From a virus (taxonomy: Duplodnaviria; Caudoviricetes), in the IMG/VR virus record IMGVR_UViG_3300008116_000002: 64,000 nucleotides of DNA, one strand, 5' to 3'. The notes under the pieces were generated by a model. The model had not been told where the DNA came from and ran no database searches. It saw only the letters and a program-made list of their open reading frames with translations. Every line of letters starts with the position of its first letter. Position 1 is the stretch's first letter. The position numbers were made by a program, and so were the translations under genes. Below, piece by piece: positions 8,495 through 16,056 of this stretch.

Positions 8495-9553
8495 ATGTCT
8501 TTACTTGAAAAATTGAAAAAGAATTCTACAATCAAAGAAACTGAAATTTTAGAAAAGTCCAAATTCTTTAATAAGAAGGACATGATTCAAACTTCGGTTC
8601 CCATGATGAATGTTGCTTTATCCGGAAGTCTTGAGGGTGGTCTAACTCCGGGACTAACTGTTTTTGCTGGACCATCTAAACATTTTAAAACCGCTTTTTC
8701 TTTATTGTTGGCAAAATCTTATTTGGAAAAATATGAAGATTCTGTTGTATTGTTTTATGACTCTGAGTTTGGCAGCCCTCAGTCTTATTTTGATAGCTTC
8801 GGAATTGACACCTCACGTGTACTACACACTCCGATAACGGACATTGAACAATTGAAGTTTGATGTTATGTCGCAGATTAATAATGTAGAGCGAGGCGATC
8901 ATGTTATTGTTATTGTAGATTCCGTAGGAAATCTTGCTTCAAAGAAAGAAGTTGATGATGCTCTCGAAGGTAAATCTGTTGCAGACATGACCCGAGCAAA
9001 GCAGATGAAATCTTTGTTCCGTATGATTACACCACATCTAACCATTAAAGATATTCCAATGGTTGTTGTGAATCATACCTATTCAGAAATTGGTCTTTAT
9101 CCTAAGCAGATTGTTTCTGGAGGAACAGGAATTTATTATTCTGCAGATAACATCTTTATCATCGGTCGTCAACAGGAAAAAGATGGAACAGAAGTTGTAG
9201 GATATAACTTTATCGTAAATGTAGAAAAGTCCCGTTTCGTAAAAGAAAAGTCAAAGATTCCAGTTGAAGTTTCTTTTGATGGTGGTATCAGCAGATGGTC
9301 AGGATTGCTTGACGTTGCTTTGGAGGGTGGATTTGTAATTAAGCCTTCGAATGGTTGGTACTCTCTAAAAGGTGATGAAAAGAAATATAGACTAAAGGAT
9401 ACTTATACCAAAGAGTTTTGGTTGCCTGTTTTAACAAATAAAGAGTTTAGAAGTTACATAGAAACAAGATATCAAGTCGCAGGTGGAAGTATAATGAGTA
9501 CTTTCAGTGATGACGATTTAACAGAGGAGTTCGAGAATGCAAGTGAAATATGA
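8495..9553 (+). CDS. uvsX: RecA-like recombinase UvsX
   Basis: Walker A AGPSKHFKT, FYDSEFG, IVDSVGNLASKKE, SGGTGIYYSAD. Confidence 0.98.
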   Translation: MSLLEKLKKNSTIKETEILEKSKFFNKKDMIQTSVPMMNVALSGSLEGGLTPGLTVFAGPSKHFKTAFSLLLAKSYLEKYEDSVVLFYDSEFGSPQSYFDSFGIDTSRVLHTPITDIEQLKFDVMSQINNVERGDHVIVIVDSVGNLASKKEVDDALEGKSVADMTRAKQMKSLFRMITPHLTIKDIPMVVVNHTYSEIGLYPKQIVSGGTGIYYSADNIFIIGRQQEKDGTEVVGYNFIVNVEKSRFVKEKSKIPVEVSFDGGISRWSGLLDVALEGGFVIKPSNGWYSLKGDEKKYRLKDTYTKEFWLPVLTNKEFRSYIETRYQVAGGSIMSTFSDDDLTEEFENASEI

Positions 9554-9827
9554 ACCTTGGAGCATTCAAAAGGATGGTAAAGATGCTTGGGGAGTAAAAA
9601 TCTTAGAAGGCACCTTCAACGAATTGACAATCGCTATTAACGATGTTAAACTTGAGGAAGATGATAATGTAGCAGTAGACTACGACATTATTTATTCTTT
9701 AGCCCCTACGTCGGAAATAGATGAGAATGAATTCAATGAAGTATTGTCATTTATTATTCAAGACATTTTAGTAAAGGCAATGAATGCACACGAAGATAGA
9801 ATGCGTAATCCTCCAGAACTTACTTAA
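9537..9827 (+). CDS. Small acidic protein, positional gp40 (head assembly chaperone) candidate
   Basis: Between uvsX and gp41, as T4 gene 40 is; sequence similarity not evident by eye. Confidence 0.45.
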   Translation: MQVKYEPWSIQKDGKDAWGVKILEGTFNELTIAINDVKLEEDDNVAVDYDIIYSLAPTSEIDENEFNEVLSFIIQDILVKAMNAHEDRMRNPPELT

Positions 9828-11205
9828 TGATGATGCGTATATGAGGAAAGTAATTCCGTTTTTAAAGCGGGATTACTTTTTAGAGTCAGGTGAGAAAATT
9901 GTATTTGATAAGATTAAATCTTTTATAGATTCCTACAACTCCTTGCCAACCAAAGATGCTTTGGTTATCGCATGTCAAAATGATAGATCTTTAAACGAGG
10001 ATCAATTTCAAGAAGTATTCAATATAGTACAAACTTTAGATCCAACAGAACATAATAAAGAATGGCTGTATAAGGAAACAGAAAAATTCTGTAAGGACAA
10101 AGCAGTTTATAATGCTATTCTTTCCTCGGTTGCTATTCTGGATGGTCGAGATAAAAATAAATCAGAGGATGGTATTCCTTCGATGCTCCAAGAAGCACTT
10201 GGAGTTTGTTTCGATGATACTGTAGGACATGACTATATTAGAAATGCAGATAGCAGATATGATTTCTATCATAAGGTAGAAACGAGAATTCCTTTTGATC
10301 TGGACTTCTTCAATAAGATCACTAACGGAGGCATGCCGAATAAAACTTTGAATGTAGTTTTGGCAGGTACAGGGGTTGGTAAATCTTTGTTTATGTGTCA
10401 TGTAGCAGCATCTGTTCTTGCACAAGGTAAAAATGTTCTTTATATTACTCTTGAGATGGCGGAAGAGAGAATTGCGGAACGTATTGATGCGAATCTAATG
10501 AACATCTCATTAGATCAATTAAAAGAGTTGCCAAAGGCATTATTTGATTCTCGTATCGAAAAGATTAGAAACAAAACCGAAGGCGCTCTGATCATTAAAG
10601 AATATCCTACTACCGGAGCACACTCTGGTCATTTCAAATCTTTATTGAATGAACTGCAGTTAAAGCGCCAGTTTAAGCCTGATCTAATTGTAATTGACTA
10701 TCTGAATATTTGTGCAAGTTCTAGATTAAAAGCAGGTGCAGGTGTTAACTCTTATACTTTAGTTAAGTCTATTGCAGAAGAACTACGAGGACTTGCAGTT
10801 GAAGAAAATGTTCCTATTCTAAGTGCGACTCAGACTACTAGAACTGGTTATGGTAATACAGACGTAGAACTAACAGACACATCTGAATCTTTTGGCTTGC
10901 CCGCAACTGTTGACTTTATGTTTGCTTTGATCTCTACAGAAGATCTTGAAAATATGAATCAACTAATGGTGAAGCAATTGAAGAATAGATATAACGATCC
11001 TACAGTAAATAAAAGATTCGTTATTGGTGTAGATAGATCTAAGATGAAGTTATATGACTTAGAAGCCTCCGCACAAAAGAACATTGCTGATTCTGGTATT
11101 AATCATTCCTCTATGCCTAAGTATGACAAAATGCCTCAAGCAAGAGATATGTTACCAAAAGACTTATCACTAAAGGCTAGAGATTTTTCAAAGATTAAAC
11201 TATGA
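9784..11205 (+). CDS. 41: Replicative helicase (gp41, DnaB-like)
   Basis: Walker A AGTGVGKS, YITLEMAEERIAERID, IDYLNIC, ATQTTR, SESFGLPATVD. Confidence 0.98.
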   Translation: MHTKIECVILQNLLNDDAYMRKVIPFLKRDYFLESGEKIVFDKIKSFIDSYNSLPTKDALVIACQNDRSLNEDQFQEVFNIVQTLDPTEHNKEWLYKETEKFCKDKAVYNAILSSVAILDGRDKNKSEDGIPSMLQEALGVCFDDTVGHDYIRNADSRYDFYHKVETRIPFDLDFFNKITNGGMPNKTLNVVLAGTGVGKSLFMCHVAASVLAQGKNVLYITLEMAEERIAERIDANLMNISLDQLKELPKALFDSRIEKIRNKTEGALIIKEYPTTGAHSGHFKSLLNELQLKRQFKPDLIVIDYLNICASSRLKAGAGVNSYTLVKSIAEELRGLAVEENVPILSATQTTRTGYGNTDVELTDTSESFGLPATVDFMFALISTEDLENMNQLMVKQLKNRYNDPTVNKRFVIGVDRSKMKLYDLEASAQKNIADSGINHSSMPKYDKMPQARDMLPKDLSLKARDFSKIKL

Positions 11206-11411
11206 AAACTTTAAAAGGAAAACTTCTTTCAAACGGCAATTTAAAGAGTCAGGATATGAATACTATATCGGAGATTGATTCGCCGGTACCGATTAATGTT
11301 AAAGATCTAAAGTTACCAAGTACAACAAGTGTTGATTCTTCTAAACCTATGAATGAGGAAGATCTAAAAATTTATATGTTCTGGAAAGAAATATTGGAAA
11401 ACAATCCATAA
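11202..11411 (+). CDS. Hypothetical protein
   Basis: ATGA-coupled to the helicase gene. Confidence 0.5.
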   Translation: MKTLKGKLLSNGNLKSQDMNTISEIDSPVPINVKDLKLPSTTSVDSSKPMNEEDLKIYMFWKEILENNP

Positions 11412-11441
11412 ATAATAGTATAGAAACTTCGGAAGGTTACT

Positions 11442-11927
11442 ATGGAACTTACTGTAGTTGGAGCCAAAGATCGTAATCTTACCAAAATTTTTAAACTAGC
11501 TGCGAACTTCTTTGCAGCTAAACTCTTATCACCTAGAATAGTAAAGAATATAATTCTTAAAATTACTATTCGAGATAGTTTAGATGCAGGCGGATATTGC
11601 GACTGTATCCCAACAACCAATCCCCCTAGAGTGTTTGTGATAGACATTCTCAGAACCAGAAAAAAGATCCATATGTTTACCGCTCTCGCACACGAAATGG
11701 TACATTTGAAACAATTGGCAACTGGTGAATTGAAAGATAGAAAACTAAAAACTAAATACATTAGAGTTTGGAGAGGCGAAATATATGAGGATGATATATC
11801 CTATTGGGATCACCCTTGGGAATTTGAAGCATACGGAATGCAGGACAGTCTGGTTGCAAAGTTTTTAATAGAACAAAATCAATTTAAAAATTTAAATCAA
11901 AGACGACAAGATTGGTATATGCCATAA
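11442..11927 (+). CDS. HExxH zinc metallopeptidase-like protein
   Basis: ALAHEMVHLKQ and downstream PWEFEAY; CATAAATA late-like box at 11407-11414. Confidence 0.8.
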   Translation: MELTVVGAKDRNLTKIFKLAANFFAAKLLSPRIVKNIILKITIRDSLDAGGYCDCIPTTNPPRVFVIDILRTRKKIHMFTALAHEMVHLKQLATGELKDRKLKTKYIRVWRGEIYEDDISYWDHPWEFEAYGMQDSLVAKFLIEQNQFKNLNQRRQDWYMP

Positions 11928-11982
11928 TGCTTAAATTCGGAGGATTCATGATGTAACCTTAGTATAAAATAAAGGAGAAATT

Positions 11983-12165
11983 ATGGGAGAGAGTATTTTT
12001 TCGTTGTATGATATTATACAACTAGGTTTGATGCTTCTAGCTTGCTATTGTTGTAAGGCATATGGATACCAAAAAGGTATTGTGGACACGCTAGAATATT
12101 TTGAAAAGAGTGGAGTTATCGAAATCCCAACGGAAGAGCCAGTTGAGGAAAAGGAGAAAAATTAA
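11983..12165 (+). CDS. Small membrane protein
   Basis: SD AAAGGAG; one hydrophobic segment and an acidic tail. Confidence 0.6.
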   Translation: MGESIFSLYDIIQLGLMLLACYCCKAYGYQKGIVDTLEYFEKSGVIEIPTEEPVEEKEKN

Positions 12166-12206
12166 CAAACTGATAATATTAGCAAATCAACAATATTATT
12201 AAAGTG

Positions 12207-12242
12207 ATAATACCCTAGCGTTTCCCTAGGGTATTATTTTGG
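12207..12242 (+). terminator. Intrinsic terminator
   Basis: 12-bp stem ATAATACCCTAG/CTAGGGTATTAT, 7-nt loop, T run. Confidence 0.75.
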
Positions 12243-12256
12243 CTGGAAAAAAGTGC

Positions 12257-12285
12257 TTGACAAGATGACCATTTTGTGCTATAAT
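12257..12285 (+). promoter_or_regulatory. Strong sigma70-type early promoter
   Basis: TTGACA-17 bp-TATAAT with extended TG and an A-tract UP element. Confidence 0.88.
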
Positions 12286-12308
12286 TATGGTATAGTGAAA
12301 GGTCGGAT

Positions 12309-12683
12309 ATGAACTTTAATGTAGGACAAGACGTAGAGATCCAAACCAAGATGCGGTCACACCGACTTGGCGTGGACTATGACTATTCTACTTTTAAGGG
12401 TAAGGTGGTACCTAATCCTAAATGGATTGATTCGGATTACGTTTGTGTGTACACGGGCGAACCGAATTACCCGACCTCAGTAATTCATAAGAGATTTATT
12501 GTGGGACACGTGTTCTCACAAGCAAGAACGAACGAGCGTATATTTCAAGTTAAGTCCAAATCAAAGGGCAAGACATATATGGTCGTATCGAAGGGCGGGG
12601 CGATTACGTGCAACTGTACGGGGTTTGGTTTCCGTCGTAAGTGTAGCCATTCGGACAAAGTCCGTCAGCTTTTGGAAAAATAA
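12309..12683 (+). CDS. SWIM zinc-finger protein
   Basis: C-terminal CNCTGFGFRRKCSH (CxC...CxH). Confidence 0.8.
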   Translation: MNFNVGQDVEIQTKMRSHRLGVDYDYSTFKGKVVPNPKWIDSDYVCVYTGEPNYPTSVIHKRFIVGHVFSQARTNERIFQVKSKSKGKTYMVVSKGGAITCNCTGFGFRRKCSHSDKVRQLLEK

Positions 12684-12686
12684 TGC

Positions 12687-12715
12687 TTGACTTCTTGTCC
12701 ATATGGTTATATAAT
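12687..12715 (+). promoter_or_regulatory. Sigma70-type early promoter
   Basis: TTGACT-17 bp-TATAAT; shares TGCTTGAC and TATAATTATGGT flanks with the 12257 promoter. Confidence 0.85.
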
Positions 12716-12770
12716 TATGGTGTAGTAGTTGAAATTGATTCGTTTATTTTATATCATGGAGATCTAAATT

Positions 12771-13151
12771 ATGTCTAAATTTACAGTTGCAGGTGTTTCT
12801 ACTCAGAACGGTATCACTAAGGTTCGTTTCGCGAATGACATCGTGGCTCGCACCAAGCTGTTGTCCAAAGGTGGTCACTCTCCCCTAGAACTTGTTGAGC
12901 TGCCTAAGGCAATGACCAAGGCAGAAGCTTGTCAGTATCTGCTTGATCTAGGTGGCGTGTTTTCTAGTTACAAGAGTCTTATTACTGAGACCAAGGACAA
13001 GAAAAACGGTGTAGGTCCAGTCAAGGCACCGGCGGCAGTTAAGCCTAGTAAGGCTGCTAAGGTTACTAAGGCAAAGCCCACTAAGGTTATTGCACCTAAG
13101 GTGCAGGAAGAAGATCTTGAGATCACTGAGATCAAAGAACTGGCTGCATAA
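12771..13151 (+). CDS. Early protein with Lys/Ala/Pro-rich (histone-like) tail
   Basis: KFTVAGVSTQNGITKVRFAND...PVKAPAAVKPSKAAKVTKAKPTK; strong codon bias. Confidence 0.75.
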   Translation: MSKFTVAGVSTQNGITKVRFANDIVARTKLLSKGGHSPLELVELPKAMTKAEACQYLLDLGGVFSSYKSLITETKDKKNGVGPVKAPAAVKPSKAAKVTKAKPTKVIAPKVQEEDLEITEIKELAA

Positions 13152-13178
13152 ATAACCGGAAGGTGTTATGAAGTTGAA

Positions 13179-13200
13179 AGCGCCCTTCGGGGCGCTGTCT
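13179..13200 (+). terminator. UUCG hairpin terminator
   Basis: AGCGCCC-TTCG-GGGCGCT followed by T-rich sequence. Confidence 0.7.
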
Positions 13201-13224
13201 TGTCTTGTATAAAGGATGTTTTTT

Positions 13225-14034
13225 ATGGATGAATATTCAAATTTTTTACCTACGTATGGTATTGTTGGATTGGGGTTCGTAGGCTCTGCAGTTAAGCATT
13301 CAATGCAGGGCAGGGCTAATATTAAAGTAGTCGATGTTGATCCAACCAAATCTTCGCATAGTATAGAACAGTTAATAGATTGTGAAGGTGTTTTTGTTTG
13401 TGTACCAACACCTCAGGCAGATGATGGAGTGTGCGATACGTCAGCTTTAGAAGATGTTTTGACCAAATTAGAATACTACACCGGACCAATTATCAGTAAG
13501 TGTACTGCTCCCCCTGCTTTTTATAAAAAGTTGAGCGAGAAGTATATTAATCTGATCCATGCCCCAGAATTTCTAACTGCGGCAAATGCTAAGCAAGATT
13601 ATATATTAGGCACTTTTGCTATGATTGGCGGATCATCTAGTGCGTTTAGAGGTGAGGCGGAACGTATTATAAGAATTGGGCAAAAGAATTTAAAAGACGT
13701 TAGACATTGTAGTGTTGAAGAAGCAGCGTTGGCAAAGTATGGCATTAATACTTTTCTTGCAACCAAGATTGTGTTCATGAATGAAATGTATTTGCTTTGT
13801 GAAAAGACAGGAGTAGACTTTGATAAGGTTGCCGAGTTAATTAAACTTGATTCTCGTATTGGTTCTACTCATATGAAAGTACCAGGACCAGATGGCTTTG
13901 GTTTTGCAGGAATGTGTTTTCCTAAAGACACTTCTGCACTATATCATTATGCGAAATCAAATGGTATAGAAATGGAACATATGAAAAATGTAATTGAAGT
14001 AAACAAAAAGTTAAGAAACATCGGTAAAAACTAA
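13225..14034 (+). CDS. ugd: UDP-glucose/GDP-mannose dehydrogenase family protein (short form)
   Basis: GIVGLGFVG Rossmann motif, FVCVPTP, PEFL, KYGINTFLATKI, GFAGMCFPKD. Confidence 0.9.
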   Translation: MDEYSNFLPTYGIVGLGFVGSAVKHSMQGRANIKVVDVDPTKSSHSIEQLIDCEGVFVCVPTPQADDGVCDTSALEDVLTKLEYYTGPIISKCTAPPAFYKKLSEKYINLIHAPEFLTAANAKQDYILGTFAMIGGSSSAFRGEAERIIRIGQKNLKDVRHCSVEEAALAKYGINTFLATKIVFMNEMYLLCEKTGVDFDKVAELIKLDSRIGSTHMKVPGPDGFGFAGMCFPKDTSALYHYAKSNGIEMEHMKNVIEVNKKLRNIGKN

Positions 14035-14043
14035 GACTTACTG

Positions 14044-14051
14044 TATAAATA
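14044..14051 (+). promoter_or_regulatory. T4-type late promoter upstream of the tRNA-array leader
   Basis: Exact TATAAATA. Confidence 0.8.
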
Positions 14052-14072
14052 ATTGATACTTTAAGGAAACAA

Positions 14073-14177
14073 ATGTTTCATCTAATACAAAACCCCAGTG
14101 TAAGTTGCAAGTCATATGACAGACAGTCAGAGGCCTTTGCACGCACAAATATTCTATGGAGTTATATCGAGGGTTAG
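14073..14177 (+). CDS. Putative attenuator leader peptide (34 aa, contains all 20 amino acids)
   Basis: SD TAAGGA; MFHLIQNPSVSCKSYDRQSEAFARTNILWSYIEG*; last codons overlap an antiterminator strand. Confidence 0.75.
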   Translation: MFHLIQNPSVSCKSYDRQSEAFARTNILWSYIEG

Positions 14178-14204
14178 AGTATTAAAACGATACTAAGTTT
14201 TGAT

Positions 14205-14241
14205 AACCCTCGGCACTCACAAGGTCCCGAGGGTTTTTGTT
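14205..14241 (+). terminator. Intrinsic terminator/attenuator upstream of the tRNA array
   Basis: AACCCTCGG(14205-14213)/CCGAGGGTT(14227-14235) plus TTTGTT; the 5' arm can alternatively pair with CGAGGGTTA(14168-14176). Confidence 0.8.
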
Positions 14242-14277
14242 ATGAGGTGTTAACACTTTAATAAGTCAAAAAAGTGC

Positions 14278-14306
14278 TTGACACAGATACCAAGTTGTGC
14301 TATAAT
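14278..14306 (+). promoter_or_regulatory. Strong sigma70-type early promoter of the tRNA array
   Basis: TTGACA-17 bp-TATAAT with extended TG. Confidence 0.88.
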
Positions 14307-14384
14307 AAGCACATATTAAAGAAGTAGGCAATGCAAGACAGCGTTGCTTGTAGTAAATGTTATTTAACAATTTGTACTAGTTTT

Positions 14385-14461
14385 GCCCACTTAGCTCAGT
14401 CGGTTAGAGCACAATCTTGATAAGGTTGGGGTCCCTGGTTCGATTCCAGGAGTGGGTACCA
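14385..14461 (+). tRNA. tRNA-Ile(GAU)
   Basis: Cloverleaf, anticodon loop TTGATAA, encoded CCA. Confidence 0.95.
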
Positions 14462-14462
14462 A

Positions 14463-14538
14463 GTCCCATTCGTCTAGTGGCCTAGGACATCGCCCTTTCA
14501 CGGCGGTAACAGGAGTTCGAGTCTCCTATGGGACGCCA
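14463..14538 (+). tRNA. tRNA-Glu(UUC)
   Basis: Cloverleaf, loop CTTTCAC, CCA. Confidence 0.95.
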
Positions 14539-14581
14539 TTTGATATGCCGATTGAGAAATAGTACAGTCAACATATCAAAT

Positions 14582-14659
14582 GGTAAGGTGGCTGAGTGGT
14601 CCAAAGCAGCAGTCTGCAAAACTGTAAAGCCGCCGGTTCAAATCCGGCCCTTACCTCCA
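14582..14659 (+). tRNA. tRNA-Cys(GCA)
   Basis: Cloverleaf, loop CTGCAAA, U73 discriminator, CCA. Confidence 0.93.
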
Positions 14660-14664
14660 GATAA

Positions 14665-14739
14665 GGTCTCAAAGTGTTCATGGACGCACATATGCCTGTC
14701 ACGCATAAAGAAGGGGATCGTTACCCCTTGAGACCGCCA
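14665..14739 (+). tRNA. tRNA-Asp(GUC), atypical D and T loops
   Basis: Acceptor GGTCTCA/TGAGACC, loop CTGTCAC, G73, CCA; T loop reads GATCGTTA instead of GTTCGA. Confidence 0.85.
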
Positions 14740-14780
14740 GAACCCCCGGGATCCCTTACCCGGTAATATTACTAGGGGGT

Positions 14781-14946
14781 ATTGACAGCCACAATGTCAG
14801 GGTGTCGAGATCGGAGCTACCTCAAAACTCCTGGGAAGGAGTGACGAAAAGTCTCGAAGGACAGCGCTGCAACTGACCTTAATAAAAGCGGACGGACAGT
14901 GAAACAACTCAGGAAAGGGCGAGTGCTGGGTGCTCGTAGCTTTCCA
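14781..14946 (+). ncRNA. Putative structured ncRNA A ending in CCA
   Basis: GC-richer intergenic stretch with several stems; GAGCTAC/GTAGCTT helix followed by T-CCA; shares a GGACAG..AACAACTC.AG motif with ncRNA B. Confidence 0.5.
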
Positions 14947-14948
14947 TT

Positions 14949-15030
14949 GCCCATGTGGTGAAATGGTAGACACGCTTGCCTTAGGAGCAAGTACGAGAGT
15001 GTGGCGGTTCGAGTCCGTCCATGGGCACCA
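14949..15030 (+). tRNA. tRNA-Leu(UAG)
   Basis: Cloverleaf with variable arm, loop CTTAGGA, CCA. Confidence 0.93.
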
Positions 15031-15122
15031 TATTGAAGTGTTGTTTAGGGTGGCAGGTAAAAGTTTAACAAGACTTTGAGGGCTGGAATTCCCGATCTGT
15101 GAACAGCAGAACACTTCAATAT

Positions 15123-15197
15123 GGGGAATTGGCGTAATTGGGAACGCAGTAGCTTTGCAAGCTTCAGTCAGGAGTTCGAATCTCCTATTCTCCACCA
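15123..15197 (+). tRNA. tRNA-Ala(UGC)
   Basis: G3:U70 pair, loop TTTGCAA, CCA. Confidence 0.94.
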
Positions 15198-15204
15198 AAT
15201 ATTT

Positions 15205-15282
15205 CGGGGAGTAGCTTAGTCCGGTTAAAGCGCCTGCTTTGGGAGCAGGAGATCGAGAGTTCGAATCCCTCTTCCCCGACCA
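15205..15282 (+). tRNA. tRNA-Pro(UGG)
   Basis: Cloverleaf, loop TTTGGGA, CCA. Confidence 0.95.
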
Positions 15283-15289
15283 GTTTTAT

Positions 15290-15364
15290 TCCAGAGTAGC
15301 TCAGCGGCAGAGCCGCGGACTGTTAATCCGTTGGTCGTTGGTTCGATCCCAACCTCTGGAGCCA
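15290..15364 (+). tRNA. tRNA-Asn(GUU)
   Basis: Cloverleaf, loop CTGTTAA, CCA. Confidence 0.95.
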
Positions 15365-15370
15365 GTTTTA

Positions 15371-15455
15371 GGATGACGAGCAGCATTGGTGACTGCAGCA
15401 GACTGTAAATCTGTCGCCTCAGGCATACGGGGTTCGATTCCCTGGTCATCCACCA
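15371..15455 (+). tRNA. tRNA-Tyr(GUA)
   Basis: Cloverleaf with variable arm, loop CTGTAAA, CCA. Confidence 0.93.
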
Positions 15456-15458
15456 TAC

Positions 15459-15533
15459 GGGAGATTAGCTCAGTGGTAGAGCAGCGCCCTTACAAGGCGA
15501 AGGTCAATGGTTCGACCCCGTTATCTCCTACCA
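15459..15533 (+). tRNA. tRNA-Val(UAC)
   Basis: Cloverleaf, loop CTTACAA, CCA. Confidence 0.95.
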
Positions 15534-15541
15534 GATTTTAT

Positions 15542-15618
15542 CTGGCGTTAGCTCAGTTGGATAGAGCAACAGCCTTCTAAGCTGTGGGTCGGGGGTTCGA
15601 ATCCCTCACGCCAGGCCA
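15542..15618 (+). tRNA. tRNA-Arg(UCU)
   Basis: Cloverleaf, loop CTTCTAA, CCA. Confidence 0.96.
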
Positions 15619-15624
15619 TACAAT

Positions 15625-15698
15625 TGGGGATTAGTGAAATGGTATCACACCGGATTTTGATTCCGAGGTCGTAAGTTCGATTCTTACATCCCCTGCCA
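15625..15698 (+). tRNA. tRNA-Gln(UUG)
   Basis: Cloverleaf, loop TTTTGAT, CCA. Confidence 0.93.
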
Positions 15699-15730
15699 AA
15701 TCGTTATTAAAGTGTTAATAAAACAAATGC

Positions 15731-15759
15731 TTGACAAGAAATTGATTCGGTGTTATAAT
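15731..15759 (+). promoter_or_regulatory. Strong sigma70-type early promoter
   Basis: TTGACA-17 bp-TATAAT with extended TG. Confidence 0.88.
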
Positions 15760-15788
15760 TATGATATAATGTAAATAAGGAGATACAA

Positions 15789-15929
15789 ATGCAACGAAAA
15801 CGTATCGCCAAGCCCCGTAACCCGCTGGTGGCTTTGGCATTGTTTAAGAAAGCGGGTAAGCATCAAAAAACAAACAAAGCATTACGTAGGGAATATAGAG
15901 CGGGCATAGCTCAGTTGGTAGAGCAGTAG
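15789..15929 (+). CDS. Small Lys/Arg-rich protein whose stop lies inside tRNA-Lys (46 aa; missed by the ORF track)
   Basis: SD TAAGGAG; MQRKRIAKPRNPLVALALFKKAGKHQKTNKALRREYRAGIAQLVEQ*. Confidence 0.75.
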   Translation: MQRKRIAKPRNPLVALALFKKAGKHQKTNKALRREYRAGIAQLVEQ

Positions 15930-15975
15930 ACTTTTAATCTATGTGTCGTGGGTTCGAATCCCTCTGCCCGTACCA
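15900..15975 (+). tRNA. tRNA-Lys(UUU)
   Basis: Cloverleaf, loop CTTTTAA, CCA. Confidence 0.95.
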
Positions 15976-16056
15976 TATTAAAACACATTTCGAGCGGTGT
16001 TCCGATATCGGCCAGCCCGCCCCAAAGTAGATGTCTAGGGTAGTGTGTTTTAATAT

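Noticed and set aside
5517-11205. Introns or inteins in polymerase, UvsX or helicase
   Set aside because: Lengths (829, 352 and 473 aa) are ordinary and the motifs are contiguous.
15043-15109. Degenerate tRNA inside the second spacer hairpin
   Set aside because: AAAGT/ACTTT and GGG/CCC stems are present, but spacing and loops do not give a consistent cloverleaf.
15789-15929. Direct annotation as arfA
   Set aside because: The diagnostic ArfA KKGKGSY motif is absent; only the composition and non-stop architecture match, so it is kept as a hypothesis.
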